Positions 39,440-51,389 of a DNA stretch of 64,000 nt are shown here, piece after piece (positions within the stretch are counted from its first letter, which is position 1; the number at the start of each line of letters is the position of its first letter). Location of the stretch: NCBI GenBank assembly GCA_965202585.1, contig OZ241826.1, positions 34,844,001 through 34,908,000 of the forward strand. The letters are read 5' to 3'. The notes under the pieces are model-generated. The model had not been told where the DNA came from. It searched no databases and saw only the letters and a program-made list of their open reading frames with translations. The position numbers and the translations under genes were made by a program. The DNA comes from Thalia democratica (Eukaryota).

Positions 39440-40703
39440 CAGGGGTCGGCAAACTGCGGCCCGCGGGCCAAATGCGGCCCGAGAAGAGTAAATCTGCGGC
39501 CCGCGAGCACGTTATTTTTTTGAATGGAGTGCGGCCCGCGAGCATGTAAATGTGGCCCGCTGAGCAAAAGTATATTTTAAGTCAAATTTGTTTGATAAAT
39601 TTAGTTTTATGTTCCTGTATAACATTTTAAAACAATTAAAAAACTTTAATGATTTAGCTTAAAAATATTAAAAAGACAGGTTAGCATTCTACCAGGTTTT
39701 TTTTTCTTAGTTTTATAATAAATTTCTTCTTACAACAGCAAATCATTTTCTGAAAAAGTAAAAAAAAAAGTTCAAATAAAAGTGCTTTGAATTAGTAAGA
39801 TAGTTATAAAATACCTATTTGGTATAAACTACATTCAAATGTTTTCCGTTTTGTACAAAAGTAATGCATAGTAATAAATAAAATGTCATTTTTTTACATT
39901 TTAGTTTTTTTTACACGTTTTTTATACCTAAGTTTCTATTACAGATGTTTTATTTCTAAATGTTTTATTCTAGTTTATACAAAAAAAAATTAAGTACCAT
40001 AATAACAATAACAATGTTAATAATGATAATAATAATAAAAATAAGAAGAAGAAATAAGATTAATTTGTTTTGGTTGTGTCACCTTTGATTTTTTAGAAGT
40101 TTTTTTTGCATTTCCAATTAATTCCTATGCACACCAATGAACAAAGATGCTCATATTTTAAACCACTTTTTATTTAATACTTAACGAGATAAAATTTAGT
40201 TTATGCATGATTTTCTAACACTATCGTTTCTAAATGTAATATCTAAGTGTGTACAGACACATTTAAAACAATATATATGACATAAATTAAATTTTTGTTA
40301 GGTATACTTTTTGATTTTTCAAACCATGTTTTTTGGCAAAGTATGTTAATTTTTATGCGTTGCATACTAATATAAACAGTTGCTATTTTTTGGAACTACC
40401 TATTTAATACAAACTAGATTGAGAAATAGTTTTTTATTAAGTTAGTACATTTTTAATCATAATAGTTCAAATTCGATCAAATAAACAAATAAAAATTGCC
40501 ACACACTCAGGCTATGACTATTTTAAGACTTGAAATCTCAGACTAGTTTTGGTCACTCGGATTGACTTTTTTGCTTTAAAGAGTGATAAATTAAATTTAT
40601 GATGTATGTTTTGATTATAAACACTGTTGGTTTGAGATGAAATATATTTTAAATTTTAAGTCTTTCAGCTGACATAATTTCAATTATTATTTATACTAAT
40701 TGC

Positions 40704-40734
<31 letters not shown>

Positions 40735-42626
40735 AGTGTGAACAATTAGTGTTGACAAAAAACCACAGAAAAGCTTGGAATTTGACAATTTATACTTAAA
40801 AATCTGAAGACAATGAATTCGTGAATTATCGAAAAAACCTGAAGTTTAAACAATTTTTACATGTAAAGTAATGAAAATTTGATTTGACACAAAAAATCTA
40901 CCATATAATATTTTTTATTAAAAGATACATTTAAAGTATCTTAACAGTATCTTTTAAATTATACTATTCAAGACAGTTTTTGCACCTTTAACTTAATTTT
41001 ATACTAAAAATAGAAGTAAAAAGTTGTACCTTTAAAATTTTTATATTGGTGCATTGTACCTTTGCTTTAAATACTAAAATGTCTTTACCTATTGTTGTGC
41101 TTTGTGTTGGAACTAAACCTAGAAATTTTTCTAAAATGTCAAAATCAGTAAAAACACCTGTATTAAAAACTCTAAAATTAGCAATATCTGTTGTATCAGT
41201 TCTTGCATCTTAACGGATTGATATTGAAGAAATAATCAAAAATATTTTACTAATGCAAAAACAAATTAACTTAATAAGTTTTCAACTCTCAACGGTATCT
41301 CTTTTTAGTAATTACTTTTGCTACTTTATAACTTGCCTAAACAGTTTTTTCTGATCAGTCTGTAGTTACTGTAAATAATTATGTGCGTTGTTGAATTTGA
41401 CTTAAACGATTTGTTTTTTTTTAATTTTCGTTTCTTCCAACAAATCAAAACTAACGTATTATAGTTCTTATAGCTCGTCTTATAAATCACATTTGCTCAT
41501 TTTAAATGCAATAGTTTTTTGCTTATAAAGAAAGGCTATAATGTTCAATAAAAAATAGTTTTTTCTAGTTCATTAATAGCTTAATAAGTTTTCATACATT
41601 TGTTAAAAAGGTTTAAAAACTTAATTGTCCATTCAAGCTGAATTAATTTTTTTTTTATTTATATAATTAGTTCCCTGTTAATAAACATCGGTATTTCTTT
41701 ATTTTGTGAACTTTATTTTAAACAGGGTTGCCAAACAATCAGGCTAGTTTAAAAAAATTTAACATTCAGATTAAGTTGAAGCTGTTTAATTAATTTTTAT
41801 AAAACTCAGGTGTATGTGAAACTTTTATTTTAAACACTTTCAATAAATCTTCGAGTTCTCAGAGTAGTTTTTATGACTGTAGTGTAGTTTACTAATTGTA
41901 TTTTTTTGTCTAGTTACTTATTGTGCTTTTTTATAATAATGATATTTTAGTTATGTATTTAAGCTTGATTAACAGAAAGTTTTTAGCTATTTCAACTTTT
42001 AGTAAACTTTTAATATAATTCAGAAATGTTTGCTTTTATATTGGCAACCGTTTAAAAGACTTATTAATTACTTATAAGGTATTTTTTAACGAATTCCATC
42101 ATTAATTATGGTAAAAATTTTGATTTAGCTTATTTACAGTATAATTAGGTACTAATTTTATTTAATTAACTAATTACTGAATTTTCTAAAGAGTGCAAAC
42201 TGTTTAAGACGAAAAAACTAATTTATGAAGTTAACATTTTTTGATACGAAAAGGTATTTCATAACATAAAAAATGTATAAAAGTGACCAATAAATGTTTT
42301 TCAAACTCGGTTTTTGTAGAGAGTTAGGTTGTAAGTAAAAAAATAAAAGTATTTTATTAAGTTTAATTGATTAAATACTTGAGAAAGTACATATTTTATT
42401 AAGACTAAGTATATTAAACAATGTAAATTCTACTACAATAGATATTTATGTATTAAATAGCCATTCTATGTGTAGCTAAAAGTCATTTAAAGAAATTAAG
42501 TGAATAAAAGTAAAACTATCTCTGGTTTGACCAAAACAAAAGTCCAAAGATTGTTCAAATATCACTAAAACTAAAACTGTGGCCTGCGAATTCGGCCCGC
42601 GAGCACCAGCTGCCTGCCGACCCCTG
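39440..42626 (+). mobile_element. Non-autonomous hAT element, diverged copy of the 5614-8834 family
   Basis: TIRs CAGGGGTCGGCAAAC / CTGCCGACCCCTG, a perfect TSD ATCTAGCT (39432-39439 and 42627-42634), colinear with 5614-8834, and an internal (TA)n at ~40705-40730. Confidence 0.95.
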
Positions 42627-42648
42627 ATCTAGCTAAAAACTTAGTAAA

Positions 42649-43029
42649 GCTGTAAGATGCTAGCATATGTTTTGTAAACCATCAACCAGTAAGATGCTAG
42701 CACGGGTTTTTTAAATCATCAAGCTGTATTATGCTAGCACAAGTCTTGTGAATCGTCGAGCTGTAAGATTCTAGCACAAGTTTTGTGAAGCATCAACCAG
42801 TAAGATTCTAGCACGAGTTTTGTGAAGCATCAACCAGTGAGATGCTAGCACAAATTTTGTAAACCATCAACCAGTAATTTGCTAGCACATGTTTTGTGAA
42901 GCATCAACCAGTAAGATGCTAGCACAAGTTTTGTGAAGCATCAAGCTGTAAGATGCTAGCACAAGTTTTGTGAACCATCATGCCGTAATAGACGTGTTCA
43001 GCATTATGAATGTGCAAGTATATTACAGC
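42649..43029 (+). repeat. Nine tandem 37-bp imperfect palindromic repeats followed by a 48-bp hairpin
   Basis: Unit (G/C)C(T/A)GTAAGATGCTAGCACAAGTTTTGTGAAGCATCAA over 42649-42981, then a hairpin at 42982-43029. Confidence 0.93.
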
Positions 43030-44936
43030 GGCTTATCAAACTTTAGGGGAAGTCTCTTCACCTTTCAAATAATATCCTTGCTTCAAACCACCAATGCATT
43101 TATTGTGTTTTGCTTTCATTTTGATTCAAGCATGTGTTTCTCAATAAGTGTGTAGGCAATAGTTACGTCAGCAAGCAAGAGAAGAATAAGAGGGTAATTG
43201 TTTTGTCTCGTATTTAAAACAATATTTTGGTTTATGGAGATAAATGATATTATTAGTGAGAAAATTAAATAAATTTCATTTGTATATGTTTTAGGTGCTT
43301 GTAAATTTCCAAAAACGCATACTTATAAACTTCAATTTGTTCTAATTTTATTTATATTCTTAGTATTTAAAAAATGTAAAAGACTGAAATAAAACAAAAA
43401 GTATGATTGAAAGTATTTAGCAGTAGCTTAATTAATTTGCAAGATCATTAGAGTTTTAAAAAAATATAAAATAAATTTACTAATGTTTTTTTAACAAAAA
43501 CTTTTGTGATGTTAACAATAAATTTTTATTGACTAGTTTTACTGTTTAAATAAATTATTACAGTAGCTTAAAGTATTAAATATTTTTATAGAAAAATATA
43601 AATTAAATGTATTGTAAGCTTGAACATAAGTGTTGTATAGCTAAGATTTTGTAACTAAATCTGATATTCTTAAAGAAAATTGTTTCTAATAAAGTTTGTC
43701 TAAATCTAACGGTTCTAGAAATTGTATTTTTTGCAAATGTTTTGTCGAAACTGGACAGATTTAAGTTAAAATGTTTACTTGTTCAAAATTAATTTTTCAA
43801 ACTAGTTGCTAGCAGTAGTAATTGAAAAGAGTTAACCGAAATATATCTTACATGTTTTGTTTAATAAAACGTTTTTGAATGAGAAAGGTCTTAAACTTTT
43901 GTATTTAGGCTTTGATTTAAAATTAACTTACGTACTTTTTTATCATTGTAGTTAAAACTTTTAAGCTTTGTTGTACTAAAGTTATTATTTAACTTATAAT
44001 TTAAAACTTAAAATCAAGGTTTTTTACATTGTCTTTGTACTTAGAAAGTCAGATTTTTAAACTAGAACAGCTTATGTCTGTAAAACTGAACTATGAAGTT
44101 TGTCAAATTATGTTTAATTTTCTCATACCATTTTAGATTGAAGTAACTTATTAAGCAGCTACTTTAATTTAGTTCATACAGTTTAGGCCTAGGAAATATT
44201 TAAGACTAATGAGCTACTTGCTTTATTAAAATCTTATTTTTAAAATACTAAATTAAAAACTATTGATTAATATTATGCAATATATATTTAATATATTAAT
44301 TATTTATGTATTAGTTGCGTACCATAAACTAATTAACATCTAAACTAAAATATTGTATAATAATTACTGAAATATAAAACTTAGTGTTTAATTTTACTGT
44401 TTTCTAGAATACCAGTGATGAAAACTATTTTTCAACCATATTAAGCAGCTACTTTAATTTACTTCAAACAGTTCAGGGAGAGTTTTGAAACTAATCAGCT
44501 TCTTAAATTATCTAAATCTTTATTTTAAAACTTTAAATTGTGATGTAATGACTAAATTCTATTTACTTTTATCAGACTAAATATTTGTGTTTTACACATT
44601 ACTTTAATAATAAGTAAAATTACAGTAAACATATAACATGTATAATTATTGGAATAAAACACTATATACTTTATTTAAATGATTTCTAAAACTTTATTAG
44701 ATAGTTTTTATAGATTCTATGTAAAACTCAGTCAACTTCAATTACATAAATTAGTTCTATTTCATACATTTTTCATTAAAAAAAGTTTAACTTTAATTCA
44801 GATTTTCAGTAATAATATATTAATTCTTGTTTCGCTAAAAACTAATTAAGAATTCATTACCTATAATTTTAAGTAATAGAAAATGTATCCTAAAAATTTT
44901 AAAATTAACACAGTTGTTGTAGTATTAATATTGAAA

Positions 44937-47499
44937 ATGCATATCAAAAAAGCTTGGATAGATGAAGTGTACCAGAGATTTTTTGTAAAATATGAACGCG
45001 AATCACATGCTGATTTTTACTTATTTGACAACAAAGCTAAAAGAGCTCACAGGGTAATTATAAGAAGGTTGGAAGGTCAGTGCTCCATAAATGAGAAAGG
45101 TAAATTGCAGCGTAGTAGGAATGAAGAGGGTAAATTCCAGCAGTTTCTGGTGAAACTTGACAAAATGTATCCGAAACTTATGAAGAAAAAATTCAAGCTT
45201 CTTGATGGGACTGAAAGGAAACTTTCTTGCAAGAACTTTGCTAGACTGTTTGTTGTTTTAATGTTTTACTTATCCATAATTTATAGCCTAGTAATTCAGA
45301 TATAAAACGGATTCAAGTATAAAGTTGATACGTGTTTGTGTCAAACTAACTTAAATGTTTGTTAATTCTAAAACGTTTTATTACTATTTAATCTGTATTT
45401 AGTTCATAAGTTTTCTCAATAAGTCGTAGTTATGACTTTTTAGACAGTTTAAAATTATGTAAAAATTCTAGTTCATTGAAACTTTAACTTAATTATTGAG
45501 TGTATGCAAAATTTATTCTATTAATGAAATTTAAATTTTAGTGCACGAACAGTATGTCTTAAGACAGGTATCATCTTAGTGTACAAAATTATGTTAAAAA
45601 TTTTAACAGTTTTCGTTTTGTCAGGTATAATCTAAAGCCACTTAAATGTCCCCACTGGCAACGTAATATTCTTTCAATTACAGATAAAATAATGAATAAT
45701 CATTACTTACTTTTGATCCGGACAGATCTCAACAGCGTCTTTACGATCAAATGTTACCAAGAGTTTACAGGCGACACCTGAGAAGATTTGAAGATTGTGA
45801 TGCGATTGAATACAGCGAGTTTACTAGAGCTGCAAGAAGTGCTTATAATCAGTTGTTGGACACATTAGATGCTCAAACCAGAAGAAAAGAAGTTAATAAG
45901 TATAACGAGTTTTTAAACAAAATCAAAGACAGGAATCCTAACATTTTGGCAGGTGTTATGGAAATGAATGACTTTAGTAGAATGTATGTTGTTTCAATTG
46001 ACTTGGTTTAAAAACTGCAGTTAAAATTCAAAGAAAATAAATGCAAAATAAATAAAGAACTTGAACTTAATTAGTAAATAGATTAATTTTATAACCTTTA
46101 GATATGCACTTCTAAATATGTTTTAAGAATATTTTATTTGAAATAAAAATAATAAGATTAAACTATAAGAAATTTAGTACCAAATACAAATTTAAATTTT
46201 CTAAAGTCTAAAACTAAGATTAATATTCTGAATCTATCATTTAACCACTTAAATGGAATTAAAAATATTAAAACAAGCTTATAAACAACAAATTTTTAGT
46301 TATAATTTTTATATATTTAATCAACTATGCATCACAGAAATGAAGAAGTTCACAAAAAGCAACGAAAGGTGGGAGGGATTTTGCTCGATCCGACTTGCAC
46401 CAAGATGCTCCTGGTCATAGACAAGTACACGGGCCATCTCCGGTTCCCGAAAACAAAAGCGGTAGACGAAAATCGATCGTTGCAGGAGGCTGAAGCTAGA
46501 ATTAAGCAGGAGTTCGGTTGGAAGGAAATGTTTGGTGAAATGAGGCCAACAAGACCAATTGTACTTGATCCGGTGAGACACAGCGTTACGGCTATCCACA
46601 CCTTGTATTACGTGGTCAACGTTCCCACAGAAGCACCGAAATTAGCCAGACTGTCGAAAGAGTTCAAAGTCAAGTACGTCGACATTGACAGGATCAAAAA
46701 AACCGGATGGTATGGCAACACTCGGTTGAAGGTGACAAAAGTCGTTATGGATTGTTTGAGTCAAGTCAAGGAGTTTTGTCTTAAACGTGCTCATAATGAA
46801 AGGTTTGATTCGTCTCTGACTGATAACTTATTCAAAAAAAGTATTGATTCTGGCTAGTTACAACCTAAATAAGTTATTATAAAATAAAGGTTTTGATTAG
46901 CATTTAACACTAGTATAACTTATGTATCAAATATGTTATTCAAATAGATTATTTTAATTAAAGCAATATTTTTTTTTATCTTTAATTAAATTTAGATAAA
47001 TAAACTTTTATACCAGTAACCAGTTATTTTTTCCAGCAATAAACCTCACATAGTTGGCGGTATTCTACTTGATGCTGATTCCAAGACAATTTATCTTCAA
47101 AAAATTCACTCTGGCAAGTACGATTTTCCAAAGCGCAAACTTGCCAAAGGTGAAAACACGTTCGCAGGTGCCAAGAGGGTGGTTGAAGAGAAAATTGGAT
47201 TAAAAGTTCCTTACAACGCTATAGATCGTGACAGACCCATTACAGTTTATCCGAAGGGAACGGTTCCTCACACTTTTTATTTTATACGCAACCTGCCGCT
47301 TGACCAACCGCATTTCCGCGAAAACACCGAAGCCTTCAAGCTGGACAAAATAAACGAAGACAGCGGTTACTATAAGTGGACTGGCAAAAGAGTGACAATG
47401 GCAGTATATGAAAGTTGGGAGAAAATCAACAAGCGTTGTAATGGAGATGACGAGGAAGAAGAAGAAGTTCCTGATAATGATAGAAACTTTTGGTTGTGA
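44937..47499 (+). CDS. Four-exon DCP2-derived protein (~498 aa), two Box A-like plus two Nudix-like domains, catalytically degenerate
   Basis: Exons 44937-45247, 45726-45983, 46338-46802 and 47037-47499, joined by three phase-2 GT-AG introns, 1497 nt with no internal stop. VGGILLD...LLV...FPK.K occurs twice, and a Box A-like DEVYQRF...RAH...F...YP.L pattern occurs twice. Confidence 0.8.
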
Positions 47500-47860
47500 T
47501 TGTTGAAGGTTAGAACATGCGTTGGTTGATAGTGATGAGCAAACTGGAACGAATTTTAATTTTGTTTAAACTTTATTCGTTTTCATGAATAATTTTGTTC
47601 GTTTTTGTGTTGCTATGTTCGTTCATATGTTTTGATATTTTGTTAATAAACCCGCCTTAGTTACTCTGCAAGTCTGATTATTTTTAGTTTAGTAACAGTA
47701 AAAAATTTAATTAATAAATTTTTTTGAACTGCAGAATCCTGTTGAAACCTTGTAGCTTAATGAGTTTCTATTTTTGGGGATATATTGAGACTTTTGTGTT
47801 AGTAACTTAGATGATAGGGTTGATCACGCCAATTCGATCATCAGACCACAAGTTTCGGTA

Positions 47861-47903
47861 GACTGAGAACGGTTTCGTCCTTATCAGGACTCATCAGTCA
47901 GTC
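47861..47903 (-). ncRNA. Type I hammerhead ribozyme within a rod-like element (47815-47950)
   Basis: The minus strand reads GACTGA-CTGATGA-GTCC-TGATAA-GGAC-GAAA-CCG-TTC-TCAGTC: perfect stems I and II and a full core, but a weak stem III with a UUC site (C at 47867). Confidence 0.8.
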
Positions 47904-50252
47904 ACAACCAAAAAACTTGTAGTCATCAATCTACAAACGGTTTATCATGCTTTCACATGAATTAACGATTTGCTAGCAATGATCAGTGACGTTAGCATTG
48001 TCATTTGCCGTGAAACGTTTAAAACATTGTCCACTAAGCAAGACATCTGGCACGCTCGTTTTAGTACGACCAACAAAAAAAATATTTATCTTAACTTAGA
48101 TGATGTGAGTAACCTGTGTAGGTTAACCTTAGTATTTTGCTTTTAAGGTTTTGGGACTTAATAATTTAATTTCATTTAATCAAGTTTCAGAACATGGTTT
48201 ATAAAAGAGCCGTATTCGGTCTCACAAGCTTATTCTGTTAAAATAAGCTATTATTCACTTTTACTGTTATTATAAATTAATATTTATTTATTCGGTAATG
48301 TGTGTTAAATAAGTTAACATTTATAATTAGAACAACATGTCTAAAATTTAATTTATACACTTGATTTATAGCTTACCGGTAAAGTTTAAAACTCTAAAAG
48401 AAGTTATTAGTTATACTTTAGCTGAATTAGAGTTAGTAAAATTAAAATTTTGAAAAGAAAAGTTTGTGTTTTGAAAATGTTTACGGAAAACCTGGATAAA
48501 GTCTTTTAAAGTGAGTTTTACAAGATTAGCTTGAAAAATCATACAAGTCAGTATTAAAAGACACAAGCTCTAAGTACTTTTCAGCCTTCTTCAACTTACA
48601 ATTTCATTACAAATCAGTATACCTTAAGCAAACACATTTAAGACTCCATTTAGCATAAACCCGCAAGTGAGGGTTTACACAAAACAAACTTATACATTAC
48701 AATATCCGTTAATAGTAATACAATTATGGTTTCTTCAAAAAAAACTTAAAAACTTCTAATGTCGTTAAAATGGAGAATGTTTTAATTTTTTGTCCAACAA
48801 TAAAAAAAGCGCAAAAAAAGTGTGGACTTAAGACCTGGTGTACAAAGAAACTTTCGGTTATTAGACCCAAAATAATTTTGCATAAAGTTAAAACTGTTAA
48901 AAGCTTTGAAAGTAACAAATTATTTTATTTTTCAAGCTTAATTAAAATAAGAAAAAAATATTAACAAAATTGAACTTTAATTAGTTTGTTTTTACGATAG
49001 TCTGAAGGAGAAAGTAAACAAAAACAATAAAAGTTTGTAAGATTGAAAGTATTAATAGTAAAAGACTCATTAAATTGGTCATTGGCAGACATTATTAAAT
49101 TAATTAAATTCAAGCTTAATTTAAATAATTTTTAATTAAAATTTGTTAGATTAAATCACAGATTAATCGTTTTAGAATTTGCAGAATTTGTTCAAAATTA
49201 AAACTGCTTTACAAACAAGTTTAGCGTAGCTGATTAAAATAAAATTAGCTCAAAATGTTCGTATTGAAATCTAAGTGTCTTTTACATTGTGACCGACGCA
49301 TTTTACTAATTTATTGTATGATATGTTATAGTATATAGAAAAGTTGAATAATAATTTGTATTATTATTTATTTTTTTTGAAAAGCAGAAAAAACGTATGT
49401 TTTGAAAATAGTGAGCGTCAAATATTAGCTGTTATAAAAAATTCTAAGTATAAGATATTTAGCTATTTATTTATACTTAATTAAACTTAAAACCAACACT
49501 TTAAATCACTTTAATTTTGAAAATGATAATATATTAATTTTTCAATTCATTTAAACGTTTAAAATATAGCAATTTCTAGATAATCATTTAGATTTAATAA
49601 TTTAAACAGTTTTTATTTTTTGATTGAAAATTTTCTTAAAATGAAAATTAACTGTAAAGTTCTTTTAAACGTGTTTCAAAGTTCAATTTATCTTGTTACT
49701 TTTTTTGTTACATATTTTTTAGTAAGTTTAATATTACTACAACACTACTTTAAATTTAGTTTTTTTATTATATACTTCACTAAATTTTAAACTGACTTTT
49801 ACATTAATCATAAATAAAATCAGTTTTTTTTTTGTTACAATACATAAACTAAAGTAATAAACATTTCTAAAAATTGTTCATAAATTTTTAAACATGTAGC
49901 CACATAGTGTTTTTCATACTTTCTTACAATGTTAATATATTGATATTCAGCGGAAAATATTGTTAGATCAGTTTGATGTTTAACATAATAAATTTTGCTT
50001 TGTGGTGTAATTAATTTGTTCTTTTAAAACTAAGTACTATCTATCTTTGAACAACAGCATTGAAAGCAAAGTTAAACAAACGAGACTTTTTAAATACAAA
50101 CATTTGTACAAACGTTCAAGCTTTCTATCAAGCAGCCTAAACTTTTCTTAAAGGCTGCACAAAACACTAAACTGTTTTAAAGCCATTTGACAAAATACAA
50201 ATATGCCAAACAGTTTTGTATGCTGTAGTAGATTTAAAGTCGACCGCAAGAA

Positions 50253-50374
50253 GTTGTAAGATGCTAGCACAAGTTTTGTGAAGCATCAAGCTGTAAGATG
50301 CTAGCACAAGTTTTGTGAAGCATCAAGCTGTAATAGACTTATTCAGCATGCTGAATGTGCAAGTCTAATACAGC
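50253..50374 (+). repeat. Two 37-bp repeats plus the 48-bp hairpin (orphan module)
   Basis: Same unit as 42649. The hairpin reads GCTGTA-A-TAGACTT-ATTCAGC-AT-GCTGAAT-GTGC-AAGTCTA-A-TACAGC (50327-50374). Confidence 0.9.
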
Positions 50375-51389
50375 GGCATTGAAAATTTAGGCGATGTTAC
50401 ATCACCTTTAAAAATTTGGAATCAAAAGAAATAAATTTCAAGATTGAGAACAAATTTATACTATTTGTTTATAACTAACACGAGTATTCAAAAACTTGTG
50501 ATGAAATCATTGGTACGTCGGCAATTGAGACTTTCTAATTAGTGACATAGTAGTGACCCTTTTTATGAGCTGACTATTCCACACAGGTGCCGGTGATTGG
50601 CTGATCTATTTTCATAAGTTAAAACTATCCAACCGTGAATTTTGATGCTAACTATCACATTTTGGCACCACAAGTTGTTTCAAGTTAGCTAAACACTTGG
50701 TTAAAAATTCAAAAGTCTGTTCTCAAATATTAAACCTTACTAAATTCAGAAATTTTAATACAATTTAACTGTAATACATCTGTTGGATAAAAATTATTGA
50801 ATAATAATTTAGCTTAGGATTTTTTTTTACTGCTAACATAAGGTTATGAGTGGTGGAGTCCATTATTTTTGTATAAAAATTCACAGTATTAATTAAGATG
50901 AAGTTGCACCAATGTCAAGCTAAAACTATAATGAATTTAATGTCTTTCTAACCAATGTTTTAGACTAAAAATCAATGTCTTATGCCATCTATGTTTAACC
51001 TAAAATTATACTTTGTTTTAAACAAGCTTTTAATTCATAGAGAGAACAAAAATTATTTATGACAAACTAAAGTAATCGATTCATTTCGTTTTACAATATG
51101 ATGACCAATATAAACAATTGAAATGATATTATTGCTTTATATTGTTTAATAAAAGCTATTAAATATTTAAGTTTTATTATTTTATGATATATAACTCAAT
51201 ATATGTACTTAAAAAATATAATTTTTTAGCCAAAACTTATAGTTAAGAATACATCAAATACAATATAATTTCAGTTAGATACAAAAATAAGATTTTTTAT
51301 TTATTTGTAAACCTGTTAAAAAAAAAATATTTTGTTCTTTTATTTGTAAATTTTAAAATATGTCCATAAATTTTTAAATTGAAATGGTT

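Noticed and set aside
42649-42981. CRISPR-like appearance of the 37-bp palindromic repeats
   Set aside because: The units are head-to-tail with no unique spacers, there are no cas genes, and the context is eukaryotic.
46321-46601. Minus-strand ORFs over the Nudix exon, and similar ones at 29526, 29995, 31633, 32412, 33474 and 19392
   Set aside because: They are antisense shadows of real plus-strand coding sequence.
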